A stretch of 25,792 bases of DNA from Promethearchaeota archaeon (GCA_011364925.1 RDOA01000051.1:1-25792), one strand, 5' to 3'. Shown: positions 9,657 through 18,563, counted from the first letter of the stretch. Made by a program: numbers and translations. Notes: generated from the sequence alone by a model not told the origin.

Positions 9657-10838
9657 TCACATTAAATCAAGAGTTAAGTTTGTCAGTGGATAAGAAATAC
9701 ATGGGTGTATATATCCGAACTTTTGATCGACCTCTCTGATGGTTACTTCTGGTGGCATAAATATCTTCCCCGATATTAATTTTGTCCTGCATAAAGCACA
9801 AGCTCCTGAACGACACCCGCTTTCAATTTTTAATTTCGAACTAAAATTTCTTTCAATACTATTCAAAATCGGCTCAACGCATGGGGCTTCAAAACTTTCT
9901 TCTTTTACTTGGTTCATTTCAATATATCTTATCGTAATTTCAACATTATTCGAAGAATTGAGATTGCTAGGCCAACCTATTACTTTAACAACATCATCAG
10001 GATTACCGTAAGCCTCGTAAGTAATACGATGCTTAGGAACTCCAAGATCTTCTAATTCTTTGAAAACGAATTGATACATATCTCGATTTCCAACCACATA
10101 AAAGTATTTACCTTTAACATCTCCAATTACCTTCTTAATTATATCTTGAGTGATAAATCCACATTCTCCTTCCCAACCAGAATCTGCTTCTGAAAGAACA
10201 TATTGTACCTTAACATTAGAGCGGCGGTTTTTTATATCTTCAAGCTCTTGTCTAAAGATTATATCTCCTTCAGTAAGACAACCAAATAACACCCAAATAT
10301 TGATAGGAAGCATCCGTTCAGAAATGTCTCTTAGCATTGAAATAAAAGGGGTAATTCCGCACCCTCCTGCTATAAAAACCAAATTCTCGCCATGAAATAG
10401 ACTATTGTGATAGAAAGTGCCTAAAGGTTCAGTACATTCAACGATATCGCCTATATCTGAATTATTATAGAAGTATACGCTTACAAATCCATCTTCTTTC
10501 TTTCGAATACAAAGCTCATAATAAGCGTGTTGATTCGGAGATGAAACCAAAGAGTAGGGTCTTGCAGTCCTTACTCCGTTTATCTCTACTGTAAGACCGA
10601 TATATTGACCTGCTCGAAATGGTGGCAATATTTTTGTCGATTTTGCCGGAATTAATCGATATAATTTCGTATCGTGAGAAAGGTTTTGAATATCTGATAT
10701 TTGTAACCACAACTTACCAGGATGAATATTATCATGGAGATTTTCCATACCGTCAAAATATTCAGGGACTTCTAGGACTTTTTCGCGCCATTCTTTGAGC
10801 TTTTGAGCGTAAGTAAATTTTTTCAAGTCTTTAAACAT
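9657..10838 (-). CDS. FNR-family flavin reductase with C-terminal [2Fe-2S] domain, copy B'
   Basis: FRAGQY, RPYS, AGGCGITPF and CRSGACALC...HPC. Collinear paralog of 8414..9598. GGAGGGGTG lies upstream of the ATG. Confidence 0.9.
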   Translation of the reverse strand: MFKDLKKFTYAQKLKEWREKVLEVPEYFDGMENLHDNIHPGKLWLQISDIQNLSHDTKLYRLIPAKSTKILPPFRAGQYIGLTVEINGVRTARPYSLVSSPNQHAYYELCIRKKEDGFVSVYFYNNSDIGDIVECTEPLGTFYHNSLFHGENLVFIAGGCGITPFISMLRDISERMLPINIWVLFGCLTEGDIIFRQELEDIKNRRSNVKVQYVLSEADSGWEGECGFITQDIIKKVIGDVKGKYFYVVGNRDMYQFVFKELEDLGVPKHRITYEAYGNPDDVVKVIGWPSNLNSSNNVEITIRYIEMNQVKEESFEAPCVEPILNSIERNFSSKLKIESGCRSGACALCRTKLISGKIFMPPEVTIREVDQKFGYIHPCISYPLTNLTLDLM

Positions 10839-10841
10839 TTT

Positions 10842-12377
10842 TTACACCCCTCCCTTTTCCCTTTCTTCTAAATACATACCGGCTGCCATTCTTCCACTTG
10901 TAATACTTGTTGAATAGCCACCTCCGAGATTTACCCATGCACCCGCAAAATATAAACCCGGAATTGGACCTTTACTGTTCAATCTCAACATCGGGCTGTC
11001 TAATAAGTCTTGCTTATATCCATAGATAGCACCATTCAAACTTTTTGAATAGTGGTAATATGTTAACGGAGTGGCTGCCTCTGCAGTTTCAATACTTTCT
11101 CTTAGATTGGGATAAAGTAAATCTTCAGCCATATCAATCATGTGATTCGCCATTTCATCTTTTTTACGATGATATAGATAGGGAGAAACAGTGTACCAAG
11201 ATTTCCCATCCTGGAGTATAGTCAATACTACTTGACTCGTTCCTGGTGGCGAAATATCCTCGTACATAATATTGTAGCAAGATGCTAAAAGATATTTAGG
11301 CCGTTCTATTCTAAGGGTACTAAGGTACTGTTCTTCTAAATTATATGTTGAGTTCATAAATATCTCAAAATGAGTTATACCCAAATCTTTTGGTGTTGCG
11401 TTTAACCCTAAGTAGACAGTAAATGCGGATGGTCCGATATCTGGTGCGTATACTCGCTTTTTGTAAAGATCTGAAACATTTTCCCGAGGAAGCATTTTCA
11501 TTGTGGTGCATATCGGATTTACGTTCGATATAATTGCCTTACATGGATACTTTTCTCCGTTGAGAAGTTCAACACCAGTTACTTTTCCCTCCTTAACAAT
11601 AATTCGATTAACTAATGCGTTATATTTAATAGTTCCTCCCAATTTCTCAAAGCATTCAACGATTATATTTGACAATGCGTGAGATCTACCAACGGGGAAA
11701 ACAGCATCATCTAAGAGAGCCACTAACACGAGGAAGTAGTACATAGCATTCACTTTAGATGGAGGTAATCCCTCGTAACCCCACAATTGAGACGCAACTG
11801 TTCTTAATTTTTGATTTTTAAAACATCTATCAAAGACATCGCTAAGGGTTAATCCTCCAACGCGAGCTAAATATGGATGCTTCATTAAAATCCCTAATGG
11901 ACTCACTTTCCCCTCTTTTGCTGCTACATAATTAAATCCTTCTCTGACTTTAAAGACTATATCTCTGTATTTATTAATCCCCTTTTTCTCATTTGGGAAC
12001 AATTCTATTAATTTTTCGAAATAAGTATCTCTCTCGTTTGGAAAAGTAATGTCCAAACCATCGTAAAAAACGCTTCTACAGAGATCTGTTGGTTTTTTAA
12101 ATTCGATTTTGCTTAAAACTCCTAAATCCTTAAAGAAATCGTAAAGACTTAAAGGATGTTCCTCGGTACCGACTTCTGCTAATGCGTGTAAGGCTCCTTC
12201 AAATTCGAACCGCCCTCGAACAAAAGAAGTAGCAAATCCTCCGGGTACGTTATGTTTTTCTAATAATAATACTTTCTCTCCCGAGAGTGCAAGTTGACAA
12301 GCAGCTCCAAGACCTCCTAAGCCCGCACCAATAACAACAATAGGTAATTCATTTTTATTCATATTTTCTTTTTCCAT
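10842..12377 (-). CDS. COG1233 phytoene-desaturase/RetSat-like FAD oxidoreductase, copy A'
   Basis: GAGLGG, EKHNVPGGFATSFVRGRFEFEGALH, ATPLT, GAIYG and GPIPGLY. Collinear paralog of 6853..8406. Confidence 0.9.
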   Translation of the reverse strand: MEKENMNKNELPIVVIGAGLGGLGAACQLALSGEKVLLLEKHNVPGGFATSFVRGRFEFEGALHALAEVGTEEHPLSLYDFFKDLGVLSKIEFKKPTDLCRSVFYDGLDITFPNERDTYFEKLIELFPNEKKGINKYRDIVFKVREGFNYVAAKEGKVSPLGILMKHPYLARVGGLTLSDVFDRCFKNQKLRTVASQLWGYEGLPPSKVNAMYYFLVLVALLDDAVFPVGRSHALSNIIVECFEKLGGTIKYNALVNRIIVKEGKVTGVELLNGEKYPCKAIISNVNPICTTMKMLPRENVSDLYKKRVYAPDIGPSAFTVYLGLNATPKDLGITHFEIFMNSTYNLEEQYLSTLRIERPKYLLASCYNIMYEDISPPGTSQVVLTILQDGKSWYTVSPYLYHRKKDEMANHMIDMAEDLLYPNLRESIETAEAATPLTYYHYSKSLNGAIYGYKQDLLDSPMLRLNSKGPIPGLYFAGAWVNLGGGYSTSITSGRMAAGMYLEEREKGGV

Positions 12378-12520
12378 ACTATTATTTCATTCTATTTGTT
12401 TTTAAAAGTTTAACTGTTCAATTCTTTAGATATAACAATTAGAAAAGGCATAAAAGGAAAATTGTCTCTATTACACTAAGGAGAAATAAAATATAAAGAA
12501 AATAAAAAATGTTGTAGTAT

Positions 12521-13345
12521 TTATTTCCAACGCCATTTGGGCTTGGTTTTTTGAAGACGAGCAAGAGCGCCATTAACAGCGTCTTTGGTTTGAAGCAATT
12601 GAGAACTTACAAGCGTTTCAAGTTCTAAACCTAATGCGGTATCTTTGCCATAGCAGTCATCGATTAACTTTTTTGCTAATCCTACAGCAAGCGGTGCACT
12701 ATCAATAAGTTCATCAGTGTACATTTTAATTATTGAATTAAGTTCATCTCGTGTTTTTACTACACGATTTACTACGCCTAGCCTGTATGCTTCATTTCCA
12801 TCAAATCTACGTCCAGTTAATACGATGTCTTTAGCATTTGGGACACCGACTAATCGAGTTAGACGGTACGTTCCTCCTACATCTGGATTCATACCGATTT
12901 TAGTCTCTAACATGTGAAAATCAGCGGATTCCGTACAGAATCGAAAATCACAAGCAAGGGCTAGTTCAAAAGCCATTCCAAAGCAAAAACCGTTAATCTT
13001 TGCTATAACGGGTTTTTCCATTTTCTCAATTTTAGTAAAAATGGGTTGAATCCAAGTGTTAGCAAAGTATCTAAAATTCCTTGGGATTCGCAGATCTGGA
13101 ACAACCCCTTCAGGATCCCTTTCTTGACCTGTTAAAAATTTCAAGTCAATTCCTGAACTAAAGAACTCGTCTCCTCCAGTTATAATCACAACTCTCGCAT
13201 CAGTGCGTTCTACTTTGTCAATTGCTTTTTGAAGTCCAACCATTAAATCGTAATTCATTGCATTTTTTTTGTCCAAACGATTCATTTTTATAGTAATAAT
13301 AGTTCCATCTTCGTTTTCCTCAATCAAAACTGCTTTATCATCCAC
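12521..13345 (-). CDS. Enoyl-CoA hydratase/isomerase (crotonase family)
   Basis: FSSGIDL, NGFCFGMAFELALACD, LETKIGMNPDVGG. GTG start. Confidence 0.92.
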   Translation of the reverse strand: MDDKAVLIEENEDGTIITIKMNRLDKKNAMNYDLMVGLQKAIDKVERTDARVVIITGGDEFFSSGIDLKFLTGQERDPEGVVPDLRIPRNFRYFANTWIQPIFTKIEKMEKPVIAKINGFCFGMAFELALACDFRFCTESADFHMLETKIGMNPDVGGTYRLTRLVGVPNAKDIVLTGRRFDGNEAYRLGVVNRVVKTRDELNSIIKMYTDELIDSAPLAVGLAKKLIDDCYGKDTALGLELETLVSSQLLQTKDAVNGALARLQKTKPKWRWK

Positions 13346-13420
13346 AATTTTTCAACTAATTATGTTAATTCAATTTGAATAAATATAGTAAAGGTAAAAA
13401 AAAAATGTATAAATTTTTTA

Positions 13421-13870
13421 TTATATTGCTTCGAAATATTCGATATCTAAAATTCTTTTTCTTGGGTTCTCTTTAAAAACTGCTTTAACTTTCATTCCTA
13501 TTCTCAGTTTTTCTGGGGCGCTTTCCTTTATTATGTGAACAAAATCAGTATCTGCACCGTCGAGTTTAATAATCCCATAAGCGAAAGGTGGTTCTAACGG
13601 CATAATAGGAGTTGAATGCGTTACAACAGTGAACCCCTTAACTATTCCTTGGTTCTGGACTTCAACCCACTCATCCATTTTTTCGAAACATTCGTGGCAT
13701 ATCATTTTAGGAGGAACATGCACCTTATTGCATTTTGGACACTTTACACCTAAAATTTTATTGCTCTTTCCGATTTCGGTTATGAACCTTTCAACATATG
13801 CCCCACCAGTATGCTTGTAAGGAACTTTAATCCTTCCGCGATAAACTTTTTTCTCAATATCGTCTGTCAT
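13421..13870 (-). CDS. DUF35 Zn-ribbon/OB-fold acyl-CoA-binding protein (COG1545)
   Basis: CPKC...PP...CHEC, FTVV, YGIIKLDGAD and IGMKVKAVF. Start at ATG 13870 has GAGGCGTGA 5 nt upstream. Confidence 0.92.
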   Translation of the reverse strand: MTDDIEKKVYRGRIKVPYKHTGGAYVERFITEIGKSNKILGVKCPKCNKVHVPPKMICHECFEKMDEWVEVQNQGIVKGFTVVTHSTPIMPLEPPFAYGIIKLDGADTDFVHIIKESAPEKLRIGMKVKAVFKENPRKRILDIEYFEAI

Positions 13871-13883
13871 TTTTATCACGCCT

Positions 13884-14378
13884 CTATTCTTCCTCCTTAA
13901 TTATTCTAAAATAGGGGATGTCTGCCGATAAATCACCCTTACGTTCTTCACTAAATACCGCTTCAACTCTTTGTCCGATCTTCATCTTGCTTACATCAGT
14001 TTCATCAACGAAATGCATTGTATAGGTATCAGCTCCATCTAATTTGAATAATGCATAACCATACGGAAATGGTCGAATACCACCTGTAGAAGGATCAGTA
14101 AAAGGATAGTTTACTACTGTGAAACCTTCTAATGTGCCTTTAGGAGGTAATTCTACCATATCGTCTATTTTCATTTCCACCAAGCAATCTGCACATACTG
14201 CTCTAGGGGGAAAGTGAACTTTTTCACATTTCGGACACTTGCTTCCTAATATTTTTTTATTTACTTTTAACTCTTCAAAAAATTTTACAGCAAGTTTTCC
14301 AATTGAGTAACGATATGGTAAATCTGTTTTCCATTTAATCTCGAAAAAGTCTTTTTTCAATTTCCTGTTTTTACTCAT
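13884..14378 (-). CDS. DUF35 Zn-ribbon/OB-fold protein (COG1545)
   Basis: CPKC..VHFPPR.VCADC, YGYALFKLDGAD and IGQRVEAVF. Start moved from 14426 to ATG 14378, which has GAGGTGA 5 nt upstream. Confidence 0.92.
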   Translation of the reverse strand: MSKNRKLKKDFFEIKWKTDLPYRYSIGKLAVKFFEELKVNKKILGSKCPKCEKVHFPPRAVCADCLVEMKIDDMVELPPKGTLEGFTVVNYPFTDPSTGGIRPFPYGYALFKLDGADTYTMHFVDETDVSKMKIGQRVEAVFSEERKGDLSADIPYFRIIKEEE

Positions 14379-14383
14379 TTTTT

Positions 14384-15556
14384 TCACCTCATAGGATTTT
14401 TTCCTAAAATCATAATTTCTGTCCACAGACTTCCACCGAATCCCATTGCGAGTGCTTTTTCAACATCTGGTACTTGACGTTTTTCACCGCGTCCCATAAT
14501 TTGAATAGCTGCTTCAGCTACTCTTACCAATGCCGTAGCACCAATAGGGTTTGTACTTAAAACTCCTCCAGAGGGATTTACAGGTAATTCTCCACTCATT
14601 TGTGTAATTTCTTCATCAAGTAATTTTCCTCCTTCTCCAGGTTTACAAAAACCTAAAGCTTCCGTCCAAGAGAGTTCACTCCAGGAAGTGGGTTCATAAA
14701 TTTCAGCAACGTCTAAATCCTTGACTGGATTGCTTATTCCCGCTTTTTTATACGCTTTCTTTGATGCGATTGTTGCAGTGGGGAGATCGAACATCTTATC
14801 ATCAGTTCCAAAAGTATAATAATGAGCAGTTTCTACAGCATGAACCCACGCAGGATTATCGGTAATCTTTTTAGTTTCTTGTTCGTTAGCATAGATAAGA
14901 GCACAAGCCCCTTCGCTTTGAGGACAACAATCGTGCAGCCGCAAGGGGTAGGATATCATTTGTGAGCTCATAACATAATCAATCGTAATGTTTGGCATCT
15001 GCAGGTGAGCAAACGGATTGTTAGCGGCGTTACTCCTATTTTTTACTGTAACTTTAGCGGCTTGTTCCGGTGTAATTCCATACTTAGCAGAGTACATACC
15101 TGCCATTAGAGCGAGTGGACCTAACGCTCCAGCTAAAGAGGGACGTTCCCAGACTGGATCGAAAGCAGTAATTATGCCCGTTGTTGCACCACCTTCGTTC
15201 AATTTTTCCCAACCTACTACAAGAACATTATTATATATTCCTGATGCCACATTGTGATAGCCACAGATTGCTAAGGAACTACCGGTAGTTCCTCCTGTAG
15301 CTACTTTCACAACTGGTTTAAGGTAACCTGGTGCTGCTTCAATTCCGCACAATAATTCCGAAAAATTAATTCCTTCGAAATGATCCATATTCCCAATAAT
15401 TACAGCATCAATCTCTTTAGGTTCGAGTTGAGCATCGTCAAGCGCCATTTTAACCGCTTCATAAATCATCTCGGGAATATTTACATCTCTTCTCTTACTT
15501 CTAAATTTTGTTTGTCCTATGCCGACAACGGCTACATCGTGTTTAGGTATTTTCAA
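14384..15556 (-). CDS. ltp3: SCP2-thiolase-fold protein without catalytic Cys; Ltp3-like putative retro-aldolase subunit
   Basis: GQTKF.SKR.DV, D.FEG, ATGGTTGSS in place of CxxG, WEK, AEIYEPTSWSE and SGGVLSTNPIGAT. These match my recollection of actinobacterial Ltp3; orthology not searched. Confidence 0.8.
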   Translation of the reverse strand: MKIPKHDVAVVGIGQTKFRSKRRDVNIPEMIYEAVKMALDDAQLEPKEIDAVIIGNMDHFEGINFSELLCGIEAAPGYLKPVVKVATGGTTGSSLAICGYHNVASGIYNNVLVVGWEKLNEGGATTGIITAFDPVWERPSLAGALGPLALMAGMYSAKYGITPEQAAKVTVKNRSNAANNPFAHLQMPNITIDYVMSSQMISYPLRLHDCCPQSEGACALIYANEQETKKITDNPAWVHAVETAHYYTFGTDDKMFDLPTATIASKKAYKKAGISNPVKDLDVAEIYEPTSWSELSWTEALGFCKPGEGGKLLDEEITQMSGELPVNPSGGVLSTNPIGATALVRVAEAAIQIMGRGEKRQVPDVEKALAMGFGGSLWTEIMILGKNPMR

Positions 15557-16695
15557 TCACCTCCAAAAATTAAAACGCAGTTTCCTTGAGAACATATACC
15601 GTTCATGCCGTAAGCAAGGCCGGTTTTTGCATTAGGGATCTGCCTCCTATCCGCTTTTCCTTGTAGTTGTAAAACTATCTCAGCTACTCTAATTAAACCG
15701 TTAGCCATGGCTGGATTACTCGATAACACGCCTCCTGAGGGATTTACCGGAATTGAACCGTTCATTTGAGTTTCACCGCTTTCAATAAACTTGCCACCCT
15801 CCCCTTTCTCACAGAGTCCTAACGCTTCATAGATCATTAATTCATGAATACTGAAATTTTCACTGACTTCGCACACATCCAAATTTTCAATAGGGTTACT
15901 TATTCCTGCCATTCGATATGCTTCCTTAGCGGCTAACTCTAATCCAATTAAATCAGTCATGTTTCTATTCCCCAAATAATACGCATCTGTGCAACTTCCA
16001 TAACCTTTAAGCCAGATCGGGGTATCTGTCATTCTTTTTGCAACATCTTCTTTTGCTAGAAGCATGGCAACTGCTCCGTCCGAAAATGGAGGAAAATCTA
16101 AAGTTTTTAGGGGATAAGCCATCATCTTAGAATTAAGAATGTCTTTGAGCGTAACCTCCTTCTGCAAATGCGCGTAAGGATTGTTGAGGGCATTTTTGCG
16201 GTTTTTCACCACAACTCTAGCAGCTTGATCTTCTGTTACCCCATATTTATTCATGTACATGTTCGCCATTAAACCCGCTGAGGATATTTGATCAAGACCT
16301 AAGTGCCTTTGATAGTATGGATCAAATATCGTATTATTTACAAGATATTGATCCACCTCAGAGCATTTGCAATGTGAGACTACCATTACTGTATCATAAG
16401 ACTCCGATAGAATTCTCATTGCCCCATACACAAAAGCGAAAGCTCCATCTCCAGAAACTCTCGATTCTGACTTTCTCACCGATCCTACAGCATCTTGTAT
16501 AGCCATGTTTGCAATGGTTCGCCCATCATTAAAATCATTCGACCCAGTGATTACACAACCAACATCATCATTGGTAATGCCTAATTCATTGTGTAGCTTC
16601 TTAACTACCTCAAATACAAGTTCAGAAATAGTCTGATCTATCTTTTCTGCCTCATATTTGGTTTGCGCACATCCAACTATTGCAACTTTATCCAT
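15553..16695 (-). CDS. ltp4: SCP2-thiolase-fold protein without catalytic Cys; Ltp4-like putative retro-aldolase subunit
   Basis: GSNDFNDGR, ESRVSGDGAFAF and NPSGGVLSSNPAMANGLIR resemble Ltp4 (recalled as GSSDYLAGR, ESHVEMD). 4-nt overlap with the ltp3-like gene. Confidence 0.78.
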   Translation of the reverse strand: MDKVAIVGCAQTKYEAEKIDQTISELVFEVVKKLHNELGITNDDVGCVITGSNDFNDGRTIANMAIQDAVGSVRKSESRVSGDGAFAFVYGAMRILSESYDTVMVVSHCKCSEVDQYLVNNTIFDPYYQRHLGLDQISSAGLMANMYMNKYGVTEDQAARVVVKNRKNALNNPYAHLQKEVTLKDILNSKMMAYPLKTLDFPPFSDGAVAMLLAKEDVAKRMTDTPIWLKGYGSCTDAYYLGNRNMTDLIGLELAAKEAYRMAGISNPIENLDVCEVSENFSIHELMIYEALGLCEKGEGGKFIESGETQMNGSIPVNPSGGVLSSNPAMANGLIRVAEIVLQLQGKADRRQIPNAKTGLAYGMNGICSQGNCVLIFGGD

Positions 16696-16855
16696 TTTTA
16701 TTTGTCTCTTTTTTTAATTAATTATGAAAATTAATTATATTATTGATTGAATTACTATAAAGGCTTTTAATATTGTATCTTGAACAATAAAAACATTATA
16801 AATTAGTAAAATAATAATATAAAAAAAGCTAGATAAAGTAGAAATAACTAATAAA

Positions 16856-18409
16856 CTACTTATCCTCAAATATTTTTCCAGTTTTAGCTTCTTCTTCTTC
16901 ACGAAGTGGTTGTTTCATAATTTTTCCAGTAGGAGTTTTAGGTAAATCGACCCTGAATTCCACATACTTCGGTACTTTAAAATCAGCTAAATGCTTTCTA
17001 CAATAATCGATAATTTCTTCTTCAGTAACAGATTCTCCTTCTTTCAATACTACGAACACTTTAGGTAATTCTCCATAAATCTTGTCACGAACACCTATAA
17101 CAGTACCCATCGAGACCGCAGGATGAGAATATATCACTTCTTCGATTTCTCTTGGATATATGTTTTCCCCTCCCCGGATAATCATATCTTTCTTTCGATC
17201 AGTTATGTAGAAAAAACCATCCTCGTCCATGTGACCAATGTCTCCAGTATACAACCACCCATCTTTAAGAGTTTCTGCGTTTGCTTCAGGATTTTTGAAG
17301 TATTCTTTCATGACATTATCACCTTTAATAACAATTTCACCATTAATATTTGGTGATAGATCATTCCCCTCGATATCTACAATTTTCATTTCATTACCAG
17401 GTAAAGGCAAACCGATACTACCTATTTTCCGCCTATCTTCGGTTTCGGTTGGGAGAGGATTGATCGAAGACGCGCACGTTCCTTCTGTGAGACCATAGCC
17501 TTCAACTATTTTGCAATTAAATGTTTCTTCAAACGCTCGAAATACCTCTACAGGAAGAGGCGCTGCTCCACATATCACAAATTCTAGTGATGTTAAGTCA
17601 AGATTCTCGTGTGGCATTCTTAGTAATATTGAAAGCACTGTAGGAACACAACTGAAAGTAGACGCCTTATACTTCGCAACAGTATTCCAATGAGTCTGGG
17701 CCGAAAAACCTGGAGTTAAAATACAACTAGCTCCTATTGTAAACGGTCCCATGACTGTAACTATTTGAGCATTCACATGGAATAATGGCAAGATTAGCAT
17801 AAATCGATAGTGTTCTTTTGCTTGCAGAACTTCTTTAATCATTTCTGCATTTCTTCTAATGTTAAAATGAGTTTGTAGCACACCTTTAGGAAAGCCCGTA
17901 GTTCCTGATGTGTAAAGAATAGCCGCGGGGTCTTCTTTTTCATCAATTTCAACTTCAGGAGGATCTTCAGATGATGCTTTCTGCATTAATTCATTAAAAT
18001 CCAAGGTACCTTCAGTAGGCTCTCCAATTACGATTATGTGTTTTAAATTGGGGAGATCTCCTTTAATTTCATTTACTACTGGCAATAGTTTCGGAATAGT
18101 TACAATTGCTTTCGCTTCTGAGTGCCCAACTACAAATTTTACTTCTCTCGGTTTAAACAACGCATTTACGGGACCTGTTACCGCACCTAGTTTAGGAATT
18201 CCTAGGTATAAATAAACATATTCAAGCATGTTTGGTAAGTAAATGCTTACTTTATCTCCTTTCCGAATACCTAAGTCATATAAAAAATTAGCAACTTTAT
18301 TCGTATTCTCGTCCAATTGAGAATAAGATATTGTTTCTTCTTGCCAAAATATAAAAGTTTTATCCTTATACTTCTCTGCTTGACTTTTAACTAATTCTCG
18401 TAGATTCAT
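16856..18409 (-). CDS. Acyl-CoA synthetase (FadD/LcfB-like)
   Basis: YTSGTTGFPKG, PLFHVNA, GYGLTE, YTGD, DRKKDMIIRGGENIYPREIE and LPKTPTGK. Confidence 0.94.
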   Translation of the reverse strand: MNLRELVKSQAEKYKDKTFIFWQEETISYSQLDENTNKVANFLYDLGIRKGDKVSIYLPNMLEYVYLYLGIPKLGAVTGPVNALFKPREVKFVVGHSEAKAIVTIPKLLPVVNEIKGDLPNLKHIIVIGEPTEGTLDFNELMQKASSEDPPEVEIDEKEDPAAILYTSGTTGFPKGVLQTHFNIRRNAEMIKEVLQAKEHYRFMLILPLFHVNAQIVTVMGPFTIGASCILTPGFSAQTHWNTVAKYKASTFSCVPTVLSILLRMPHENLDLTSLEFVICGAAPLPVEVFRAFEETFNCKIVEGYGLTEGTCASSINPLPTETEDRRKIGSIGLPLPGNEMKIVDIEGNDLSPNINGEIVIKGDNVMKEYFKNPEANAETLKDGWLYTGDIGHMDEDGFFYITDRKKDMIIRGGENIYPREIEEVIYSHPAVSMGTVIGVRDKIYGELPKVFVVLKEGESVTEEEIIDYCRKHLADFKVPKYVEFRVDLPKTPTGKIMKQPLREEEEAKTGKIFEDK

Positions 18410-18563
18410 TTATATTTCCTCATTGATTGTTTCTTAATTCACATCATTAATTTCTGAATTGAGTAAATCTTTGCTTTTTAAAATTTAAATATTATTAAAT
18501 TTAATATTTTATTCAATAAATTAAACAATTGCAATACAAAAAATAAAAAGAGGAATTAAAAAA

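Noticed and set aside
6977-12265. Transposon terminal inverted repeats or a site-specific invertase system
   Set aside because: The repeats are in-frame coding sequence of paralogs, differ from each other, and no transposase or recombinase is in the window.
6853-12377. Carotenoid biosynthesis cluster (crtI call)
   Set aside because: No phytoene synthase, cyclase or prenyltransferase is in the window, and the context is acyl-CoA catabolism.
18481-18502. AT-only dyad aaatttaa-N6-ttaaattt in the divergent promoter region
   Set aside because: Such dyads are expected by chance in a nearly pure AT tract, so an operator cannot be supported.
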